A program made the position numbers and the translations under genes. Source: an uncultured Pseudomonadales bacterium (GTDB lineage: Bacteria; Patescibacteriota; Microgenomatia; UBA1400; PJMF01). From it: a stretch of DNA of 64,000 nucleotides. Shown piece by piece: positions 18,892 through 27,900 of the stretch. Each line of letters begins with the position of its first letter. The first letter of the stretch is position 1. Under the pieces are notes generated by a model. The model saw only the letters and a list, made by a program, of their open reading frames with translations, was not told where the DNA came from and made no database searches. The DNA is taken from contig CAZKVV010000001.1 of NCBI GenBank assembly GCA_964556485.1, positions 84,551 to 148,550 of the forward strand, written 5' to 3'.

Positions 18892-20725
18892 CCGCATGCA
18901 AAGCTAACACCTCCCGAGGATCTTCAAGCAGTAATAATGCTAAACAAAACTCCATATGTCGTCTGGTAGTGAAGTCTTCTGATTTTTCATGAGTACTATG
19001 AAAATATGTTTCTGTTGCTGCAAAATATTTTTTTGCTTGCTGAAGAGCTTCTTCTTCAGTTGTGACAGCACCCTCATCCTGATCTAATAGGACACATTTT
19101 GCAATCACACCAATCCATTCACCACCTTTTTTGTTAAGGCTTTTTAATAGCTCTTTATTTGAGAGCAATGGTTTAGCAACTTTTGTTGCAATGTCATATT
19201 CAGCAGTTTTTTGACTAAACCAACGTTTCATTTTCACTAAATCTTGCAAATCATCTTCTTCAAGTGGTGTATTTTCATTACCATTTCTTCCTCGATAATC
19301 TGCTTCGGTTACCAACATTAAAAAATTAAGTGGCAAACCTGCTTCGGTTGCGAGTTTCCGCGCCATTTTTCGCAGTGTGGTGGCACTATCAAATGATGTG
19401 GCCGTGCTACTTGGTTCTCTTGGAAATTCTTGTTTAAACACACCTCCTAACTGCATGTGTTTTGGCACCAGAGCTTCAACTTGCATTTTGGTAGCATTAT
19501 CAATTTTTAATCGATTCAGGAAACGTCTAGTTGGTTCAAGTCCTGCTGCTTCATGTCCAAATGCGCGGTAGTAGCCATCTTTCAATTCAGTAGTGGCGGG
19601 TTTTCCTAGATCGTGACAGAGCATCGTCAACATGAGCACTAGTCGGCGGTCATCAGATAGATTTTCACGCTCGGCAATGAGTGCGGCAGCATCGAGGGTT
19701 TGTAGCGTATGCACCCAGGCATCACCTTCGGGATGAAAGAGTTGATGCTGAGGCGTGCCAATCAAGGCAAAAAATTCAAGCCAGTATTTTTCAATAAAAC
19801 CAATTTCTCTTGCAAATTCTAGACCAACAGATGGTCTGTTACTTTTAAGCAGCATCTTGAGCAACTCATCTCTGACACGTTCAGCTGCAAGTGTATCCAA
19901 TAAACCATCTGCAACCATTTTGGTACAAAGAGCAACGGTCTCTGGAGTAGGCTGCATCTCAAATCGAGCAGTAAACTGCATAATGCGAAGAACTCTGAGT
20001 GGGTCTTCAATAAATGTTTCATTGTCTGTTATGCTTATTTGCTTGCTTTGAAGATCAAGTTTTCCTAAAAATGGGTCATAGAGACTCTTGAGCAGCGGAT
20101 CATAGGAAAGGGCATTCATTTTCAGATCACGACGGCGGCTTGCTACTTTATAATTCATTGAAGGATTAGTAACAGTTTTGAAATCTTTGTGACCAGGCCC
20201 AGTTGAAACATCTGTACGGGTCACTGATACATCAAGTGGTTCAGCAAACCCATCAATGTAGACTTTTATAACACCGAACGACTTACTCACACTATCGATT
20301 TTGCTCTTCGGAAAGGTTTTTGTAAGCACTGCCTGCACTGTTGGCACATCAAGACCATACACTTCAATGTCAAAATCTTTGGGTTTTGGTGTTGTGCCGG
20401 TGAAGTCAGAAAGTACGACGTCGCGAATTATGCCGCCAACGAGCAAAGCACGACCACCAACAGTTTGCACGTTCTTACACAGGTGTAGTACCTCGTCAGG
20501 GATTGTAAATCCAAGTTCTCGTTCTTCTACGTTTGTTTGGGCATCAATGTTTGGAGTAAGGTAGCTCGCGTTGACCCCAGTCAGTTCACTAATAACGAAA
20601 AGAGTAGGGAGTGCAAGGGACGGATCAACGGTGATTAGTTTTTCTTCTTCAGGCAGCGTTACCCCAAAATGCTCCTGCATTATTTTGGAGGTTTCTTGCC
20701 AGCTTTGAATGGTTTCATTTTTCAT
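18863..20725 (-). CDS. cca: CCA-adding enzyme / tRNA nucleotidyltransferase with HD domain
   Basis: LVGGIIRD, KDFDIE, RRDL.MNA, EDPLRVLR, ERV..E, HPEGDAWVHT, CHDLGK. Confidence 0.88.
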   Translation of the reverse strand: MKNETIQSWQETSKIMQEHFGVTLPEEEKLITVDPSLALPTLFVISELTGVNASYLTPNIDAQTNVEERELGFTIPDEVLHLCKNVQTVGGRALLVGGIIRDVVLSDFTGTTPKPKDFDIEVYGLDVPTVQAVLTKTFPKSKIDSVSKSFGVIKVYIDGFAEPLDVSVTRTDVSTGPGHKDFKTVTNPSMNYKVASRRRDLKMNALSYDPLLKSLYDPFLGKLDLQSKQISITDNETFIEDPLRVLRIMQFTARFEMQPTPETVALCTKMVADGLLDTLAAERVRDELLKMLLKSNRPSVGLEFAREIGFIEKYWLEFFALIGTPQHQLFHPEGDAWVHTLQTLDAAALIAERENLSDDRRLVLMLTMLCHDLGKPATTELKDGYYRAFGHEAAGLEPTRRFLNRLKIDNATKMQVEALVPKHMQLGGVFKQEFPREPSSTATSFDSATTLRKMARKLATEAGLPLNFLMLVTEADYRGRNGNENTPLEEDDLQDLVKMKRWFSQKTAEYDIATKVAKPLLSNKELLKSLNKKGGEWIGVIAKCVLLDQDEGAVTTEEEALQQAKKYFAATETYFHSTHEKSEDFTTRRHMEFCLALLLLEDPREVLALHAARLAETSFE

Positions 20726-20738
20726 GTTTAAGCCCATA

Positions 20739-20808
20739 AGTATACAGGGAGAAGGTGCTTTTGTCAAATAGTTATAGGCTTGACAAAATGAGCATTTTAG
20801 CCTATAAT
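20739..20808. promoter_or_regulatory. Back-to-back sigma70 promoters
   Basis: + strand TTGACA(20780)-17-TATAAT(20803); - strand TTGACA(20767)-17-TATACT(20744). Confidence 0.75.
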
Positions 20809-21043
20809 ATATACGTTGACAGTTTTGCGCCTCGATGCATTTTTGTGTCGAGATCGCGAGACGACAACTATTCTTTAACAGTTGTTTTATATGCTAGAAA
20901 AATGACTTGTGGGAGTGATTTTGGGTTTTTATCTAAAACTTGGAATCATTCCCGCAAGCAGATGTGGGAGTGTCGTCTCCTTAGAGGGGTTTTAAGACGA
21001 AAATTTATTTTTTTCAAGAGGCCAAGCCTCAAAGGAGAAACGC

Positions 21044-22003
21044 ATGAACACTTTAAATCGTTTGGCGCAAGTAAATCAAATTATTTCTGTGGGTAGTGGG
21101 GATGGCGTAGCCACCACTGCAGGTTTTAATGCTTGGATGGGACGCGCTGTCCCAGTTGTTTTCACCCAGGCCTTTGATGTCGACAAGATCGACATCTCTG
21201 GTTGGGAAAAAAATCGCCAGGTGTTATTTATTGACCTGGCAGTCAATAACCAGAATCAAAATATGACGGCTGAATTTGTTCAAAAAATTCAGGCTGCCGG
21301 TCACACTATTGTGGCCATTATCGATGAACACGATGCCCAAGCCTGGCAACAGGTATTGGGCGAGACATGGGACACACTGGCTGTACAGCCAGTGACCCAA
21401 AAAACGGGGCCTATTAAATCTTCCGGTGCTTTGTTGAAATCTGTGCTTGGCACAGAGATGACTGAGCACGTCGCCGAACTGTTTGATGCAGCAGATGCAG
21501 CCGACCGGTTTGATTTTTCAACCCGGTTTGGTCAAATGATTAACCAGGCCGTGAAGTCCAAAATTACGGACAACAAGCGCAGGGTACATTTGGCCGAGTG
21601 GCTTGCTTTTAACAGCGAGCCTGACCAGATGATTCTGGGTTGGATCCAGGAGTATGAAAAAATCCTGGAGAACCATGCTGCTATCATCAAAGAAGCCACA
21701 TGGGTTGTGCAAGGAACAATCATTCGCGTCAACACGACAGACGTCGTGTTTGACATGTCTGGATTGACTGCGGAGCTGTACCGTATGGCTCCGATTGTAA
21801 TTATGGAAGCGAAAGCATTCCACAAACCCGCAGGAGGTCAAATGCCCATGGTGGCAGTTATGACCAACAGAAAGGATTTGGATTTGCTGGCTGCATTAAC
21901 CGATGTTGAAGGCGTTGAACTGTTGGGTGGCTTTGCCTCTAAGGCGAATGTTACTCCGGCAAGTGAAGCTGCTGCAACTGAAGTCGTTAAAAAATTAATC
22001 TAG
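21044..22003 (+). CDS. DHH-like phosphoesterase
   Basis: GDGVAT, FIDLA, IIDEH, SSGAL, ADAAD motifs; SD AAGGAG. Confidence 0.6.
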   Translation: MNTLNRLAQVNQIISVGSGDGVATTAGFNAWMGRAVPVVFTQAFDVDKIDISGWEKNRQVLFIDLAVNNQNQNMTAEFVQKIQAAGHTIVAIIDEHDAQAWQQVLGETWDTLAVQPVTQKTGPIKSSGALLKSVLGTEMTEHVAELFDAADAADRFDFSTRFGQMINQAVKSKITDNKRRVHLAEWLAFNSEPDQMILGWIQEYEKILENHAAIIKEATWVVQGTIIRVNTTDVVFDMSGLTAELYRMAPIVIMEAKAFHKPAGGQMPMVAVMTNRKDLDLLAALTDVEGVELLGGFASKANVTPASEAAATEVVKKLI

Positions 22004-22103
22004 CAGAAACCAGATTCCGCCCCCCAAAGTACTCATCACATGCCTCCGCGCATGTCGAAGAGTCACTAAAGGACAAGGTGGCGTCTAGCTAGAACAACTT
22101 GTT

Positions 22104-22136
22104 AAAAAAACCCTGGTGAAATACCCAGGGTTTTTT
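22104..22136. terminator. Bidirectional intrinsic terminator
   Basis: A7-CCCTGG...CCAGGG-T6 between convergent genes. Confidence 0.85.
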
Positions 22137-22146
22137 GTATCTTGAG

Positions 22147-24894
22147 CTATATATTTTCTTCTAAAAACGGAGAGTCTAAATACCCACCAGTGTTTCCGTT
22201 GTAATTACTCCAGAACAATCGAGTTTTCTTGAAAGTGTTGACTTCAGCTTGCACAGCCTGCACTTCTTGCCATGTTTGTGGTTGTCGCTGCTGCATAAAG
22301 TAGTCATTAAGTGCTTGAGAAATATGATCTTGCACCTGTGTAGATAACCTGATGGGAAATCCGCCCTGGATAATTCTTAGTTTTGTATCTGGTTGTGTAA
22401 GCAGAATGTCGGTGACACAGTCCATAACCATTGGTACCAGAACGCTGACCACTTTCATATGCTCACCATCTTCAATATTAAATGCACCAGTGCTAATTGA
22501 GCCATCGATGGCATCAATTTTTTGAATTTCGTTAGTTGTAGTAGTGAATTCAGATAGTAAAACTTTTGCTGCGATAGGTCGAGTAATTTCGACAAGAAGC
22601 GAAATAGTTTGACCATGCTTGCCAGCCTCGATGTTTGCTACTAATTCTGCAGTATTTGGTTTTTGCACCTTACTGTTTGTCAGTCCGGAAATAGTCTCAG
22701 TACTTTCTGATTCTGGGATGAGCGCTAGCAATGGCTCAACTTCTGTTGCAAAGTGTTTGCGTAACAATTCTTTATAGCTCGCATCAAGCTGATTCCAATG
22801 TCCACTCATTTCACTGCCGTACTTTTGTGTGAGTTCAGAAATCAGGTGAGAGGCGAGAGTGGGGTTGGTTGGTTTGAGTTCAGCTGCATAAAAAATAAGT
22901 GAAGGCAGGAGCGAGTCGTAACTTTGTCCGGTGTGACTTTGGACGTATGCCTCAGAAGTTAGGATCTGCAGCAGTGTTTCGACAAGTGCTGTTTGTTGTT
23001 GTTGGTTTTTTGTGGCAATTGTTTCTGAAATTGCACGCCCAACCAGTTTGGTGTCGATGGTTCTTGCCAGTGATTTGAGTCGATATCTGTTGAATTTATA
23101 GTCTTCCATGAATGGTTTTATTTCTTCAGGAAGTCGTACATCTACCAGTCCGTAGGTAAGGTCATTTTTGTCCCAGATATGAGCTACAGCTGTTTTATTT
23201 TGAGAAATAACAGAGAGAATAGTGATTTTTTGTTCAAGCGGTAGTGAAGTGAGTGTTTTTTCATTGACCATTGCCAATACTGCCAGCAGCCGCTCAGCAT
23301 CATTGGTTTTACAGTATTCAGTAATCCATTTCTTGGCGTGTTCTGCCTTGCGTTCAATGACTGCCGGTGGTTCGGACAGGGCAGTTCGCTGTAGCAATAA
23401 TGTTCTATTTTCTTCGACAGATTCCGTAAAAAGTGGCTCATAAAAAAGCAAATCTTCTTCGGTAAGACCCACCGTCGTTAGCGTGCCTTCATTAGTGTTG
23501 GAGGTGGGCAGGGTAAAGATGCATTTGCGGGTTCCAAGTTCATACCTAGTGTTACTTGGCTCAACTTGCATAAGAGTGAACTGTTCCGTGCCCAACGCTG
23601 CAGCAATCTGCGATGCCTTTTTTTCAAAATGAGAATTTGAGTGTCTAGGATAGTCAAAAAAATGTTGCAAACTTTGCCACAAAGCATCGGCAGGGATGTC
23701 ACTGCCAGCTGTTTGGGGAGATGCGACTAGGGCATCATGAGAACCAAACGAACTTTGTTTGCTGTAGTGGTAGCCTTTGCCAAATTGCGCCTCCGCAAGC
23801 GCAAATCGATCTGCAAGCAGCGCTAAAAGTGGCGAATCGTTGGTACCTGGATTAGTATTTTGTTGAAAGATTTTGAACTGAGCACCGATGGTTTCTTGGG
23901 TATTTTGAGGATTTTTTTGGTCGTCTATGAGCAGCAAAATATCGGATTTGCCTTTACTATTTGCCAGTGCCCGTGCGCCTTTTTCTTGGTTTAATCCACG
24001 AATATCAAAGTAGGTGAGTGTTATGCCAGCCATTGTCGTAACTTGACGATATGTTTCTGGATTGGTGAGTCTCTCAACGAGTGGAGCTCGTGATTCTTTT
24101 TCTTTTTGTGCGCCAGCTATCAGTACTTCACTGTATGTAGCTTTTATTTCCTCGGTTGTGGCTCCGTGCACAATTTTTTCTAGAGCTGTAACTGCTTCAA
24201 TGAGAAGCTGCGCCTGATTTTGTGGGGTATTTTCCTTGAATTTTTCTTTGAGTCCATAAAAAAGTGGCACAATCAAATCAAGGTCAATGACATCGCTTTT
24301 CAGTTTACGAATAGAACCTCTTTTGTTAGTGTCGAACCCTTCCTGCGCTTGGAGCCAATAATCTAAATCTTTTAATTGAAGAGTGTCGGGGAGATTTTTT
24401 TGAAAGTGAGTAGAGCCATAACGAGCCTTGAGTTCCGTTGCTGCAGGCTCACCGTTACTGCCATTAGCGAAGTTTCCCAGTGTTTTTTTTTGACTTACTT
24501 TTGCGTCATTTTCGTCAGGTGAATGTCCAAAGCCTTCAATAACTAATGTGGAAGGGTTTGAAAAGTAGGAGCTGCTGTCTTCATTTTCTTCATGAATGTT
24601 GGGTGTAAAGAGCACGTGTGCATTTGCAGAAATAAGTCCTCCTTTTAGTGCAAAGTAGTAGGCAAATAGTTGATCGATGTCAAAATCTTGAAAACTGTGG
24701 CCCATGACTACTTGAGTGAATACCTGCTTTTTTTCTCGGGATGCAGCTTCACCAATAAAAACAGTAGTGAGGATATCTGGTAGTAGAGTTGCTAACTGTT
24801 TAGCTTCCGCTTGTTCCAATTCAGCAATTTCTGCTAAATTTTGAGCAACAGTTTTGAAATGTTTTTGAGTATCTTGTATTTCAGTCTCCGACAT
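22147..24894 (-). CDS. Large hypothetical protein: divergent DHH-like N-terminal region, possible SAVED-like C-terminus
   Basis: 915 aa ORF; GH...DFDID and GSH..VASP..GS; C-terminal ISLLVEITRPI...LRIIQGGFP...WSNY..Y. Confidence 0.5.
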   Translation of the reverse strand: MSETEIQDTQKHFKTVAQNLAEIAELEQAEAKQLATLLPDILTTVFIGEAASREKKQVFTQVVMGHSFQDFDIDQLFAYYFALKGGLISANAHVLFTPNIHEENEDSSSYFSNPSTLVIEGFGHSPDENDAKVSQKKTLGNFANGSNGEPAATELKARYGSTHFQKNLPDTLQLKDLDYWLQAQEGFDTNKRGSIRKLKSDVIDLDLIVPLFYGLKEKFKENTPQNQAQLLIEAVTALEKIVHGATTEEIKATYSEVLIAGAQKEKESRAPLVERLTNPETYRQVTTMAGITLTYFDIRGLNQEKGARALANSKGKSDILLLIDDQKNPQNTQETIGAQFKIFQQNTNPGTNDSPLLALLADRFALAEAQFGKGYHYSKQSSFGSHDALVASPQTAGSDIPADALWQSLQHFFDYPRHSNSHFEKKASQIAAALGTEQFTLMQVEPSNTRYELGTRKCIFTLPTSNTNEGTLTTVGLTEEDLLFYEPLFTESVEENRTLLLQRTALSEPPAVIERKAEHAKKWITEYCKTNDAERLLAVLAMVNEKTLTSLPLEQKITILSVISQNKTAVAHIWDKNDLTYGLVDVRLPEEIKPFMEDYKFNRYRLKSLARTIDTKLVGRAISETIATKNQQQQTALVETLLQILTSEAYVQSHTGQSYDSLLPSLIFYAAELKPTNPTLASHLISELTQKYGSEMSGHWNQLDASYKELLRKHFATEVEPLLALIPESESTETISGLTNSKVQKPNTAELVANIEAGKHGQTISLLVEITRPIAAKVLLSEFTTTTNEIQKIDAIDGSISTGAFNIEDGEHMKVVSVLVPMVMDCVTDILLTQPDTKLRIIQGGFPIRLSTQVQDHISQALNDYFMQQRQPQTWQEVQAVQAEVNTFKKTRLFWSNYNGNTGGYLDSPFLEENI

Positions 24895-24955
24895 AAGGGT
24901 TTTTTGTGCTTAAATTAATACTACCTGTATATTGGGTGTAAGTGAAGCTTAAAGC

Positions 24956-27900
24956 ATGCAACAAGAAGAAAGAGAAACAACTAAAAAACCTGAAAGCAAA
25001 CATGGTGGTCGGGAGCCCTATATCTGGAAAGACGGCGTTGCGCGTGTAGAGCGACCGATGGACATGTATTTGAAAGAAGTTTTAGACAAGCTATCTCAAA
25101 AACAGGTTGTTGTAGTTCAGGCCGAGACTGGAGTGGGCAAGACTTCCAGAATTCCTCAGGCAATCATGGATAGTCAGCCTAATACAAAAATCTACATGAC
25201 TCAGCCAAGACGGTATGCCGTACGGATGAACGCTGGATATATTGCCAGAGAGAAAAAACAACGCTTGGGACAGGATGTTGATTTTACCTTACGCGGTGTT
25301 CCTGGCGAGAATAGCCAAGATAAAAAAGCAAGTCGAGATGCAAAACTTGAGGTCATGATCGACGAAACATTGGTCAATAGAATCTTACGAGAAAAAAAGC
25401 TTCCCGATGGAGTGATTATTGTTGATGAAGCGCACGAGCGGTCGATAAATATTGATCTATTGTTGCTGCTTATTCGTACCTACTTGCCAAACTCTCCGAA
25501 TACAAAAATTCTGATTACCTCAGCAACTATTGATACCCAAAAGTTTAAAGGCTACTTTAAGTATTCTCCAGAAGAGTTGACGGCATATTCTGGCAAAGAG
25601 TCCGAACTCGATTTTGCTGCTGAACCAGTGATTGCCCTCAATGAGAAATTGTTCCGAGTCGAGACAGAAATGATCCACCTAAATTCTGGAGAGCACCATA
25701 CGACAAAGGCAATCGAAACGGCTGTGGAAGTCTTTAAGCAGTTTGTTGTTGGTAAAACAGAAGCTGGGTTAAAAGATCGTGTGCTAGCAGAAGAAGAAAG
25801 AATTTATAGAGAAAAGGGATTTATTAGCTTTTCCGTCCTACCAGTACCTCAACCATTAACCATTCCACCAGAACAAGAAGGTGATGCTCGCATTCCGGTC
25901 GCAGATGGAACTGTTTTGGTTTTCTTACCTGGTAAAGAAGAGATCGCAGAAGGTGTGAGGGTGTTAAAAGAGTATGCAAGAAAAATTGGGTGCTCTGAGT
26001 ATGTCGAGTGTCTCTCGATGTATAGAGGGGTAGATGATGCTGAGAGAAACGCAATTGAGGCCCCAATTGTTCCTGGCAAGTTGCGAGTTATTTTTACTAC
26101 TGAAATTCTTAAATCGTCAGTAACACCAACAAAAACAGTGGTGGTCATCGACTCATTTCAGGTTAAGCGCGATGTTGAAAATGAGCATGGTGTGTCAGTA
26201 CTTAGAAAAGTGTCACAGTCTGGTGCGGAGTCAGAGCAAGCAAAAGGTAGAGGCGGTAGAACAAATACAACGGTCTATAAACCAGTTGTTGGCGGAATTG
26301 ATGAAGTTTTATCAATGCAGGAAGAGTCAGGAGATTATTGGCCACAGCCTGCAATTTTGAGAGAAGGCATAATTTCGGTAACGCTAAAGATGGCTGCTGC
26401 TGGGTTGGATATAAAAACTGCCAAATTGCTTGACAGACCTAATCAGAAAAATGTTGATCGAGCAGTAATTCGTTTGCAACAAATCAATGCACTTGATGAT
26501 GAAGGCAGAATCACGTCGTTTGGCAGAGAGTTGCTGAGATTTTCGATTGCACCAGAGCAAGCCAAAGCGTTATTTGAGGGAGAAAAGCAAGGGGTATTAC
26601 CTGAAAGTATGATTGCGCTAGCTGTAGCCTCAGAGGAAGGCATATTCTCACTTCCTCCAAGAGGAATGAGAGAACTTATTTGTTCGGAGGTTGATCTGCA
26701 ATCTGGGTTAGAGAGATATCTGGCAACAAAGTGGTTGAGGGAGATTCACTATAGTTTTTCTGGAATTGCTCAAGACAGCGGAGAGTTGCAAGAAAAATTC
26801 CAAGCTATTCAGCGAGAAAAGTGGGGAGAAGTTCGACTTGCGTTTAAAGATTCTTATCTGAACTCAGCGCGTTATCCCGTTTATATTAATACTTTGGAAG
26901 CCAAGAATCTTTGGCAACATGTGGAGCAGACGCGCATCTATGATGGTAGGCAAATGATTGATGGATTGTTACTTGATTATGTAAGAGAACTGGTTTTTGA
27001 CAAGCTGAGTTCAAGTTCGATTACCATTCCAACTACTCAAGAATCATTGCACGCTGACCTGATGAAAATCAAAGCTACTATAAATGTCAAACTTACCCAG
27101 TTTGGTGGTGCACCACTGGAAATGCGTTTTAATCCAACTGTCTTGAGCGAGCTAACGTTTCCTTTAGGGTACGGCATTGTTCGTTCGGAGGTGATAAAAC
27201 AAGCTCTGCAATTTAGGGTAGAAAATGAAGATGATATCTTACTTGACGTATTTAATATTCGCTATGATCAAGGATTCTTTAGAGTAAAATCATCTGAGAA
27301 CGATTCATCCATTCCAAATGATTTTTTTAGCACAATTTTGTGTCCCGATTGTAAAGTCAGGAACCGTGATAGCGATCTCGATGAGCATGATTATCGAAAA
27401 CAAATATATGAAAAGAGATGGTTGCAATTTGCACTTGATCAAGATGGTCAGCAAACAAACTCCGATTTTGTTGCATCTGTAAATGCATTTCGAGCCTACA
27501 AACAGGCAAAAAGACAGATGTCCGACAATCAACTTTGGCTTTGGTGCCAGGCAAATGGGCTCAACCTCAAAAAAATGCAGCAAGTTGATACTAGATTAAG
27601 TTATTTGATTGACGAGGTTGAAAAAAGTAGGTTATCACTTTCCGAAAATGTTTCCAGTCGACGTGCATTTTCTTCAGATGCACTTACTAAAGCGATGTTA
27701 GCTGGATTGGCTGCCAATGTTTGTTTTGGTCAATCAGGTCCGGTGGCTCCATTAATCAGTGCATCTAAAGAATCAGCGCTCAATGGTAAGGCTCCTTACT
27801 ATATATTTGGTGGCATCAGAAAATCAGAAATTAAGCCCAGAAAGTTAGAGCATCATCTTCATTTTGCCAGCCTTTGTGCGCCAATAAAGCTGGAGTGGTT

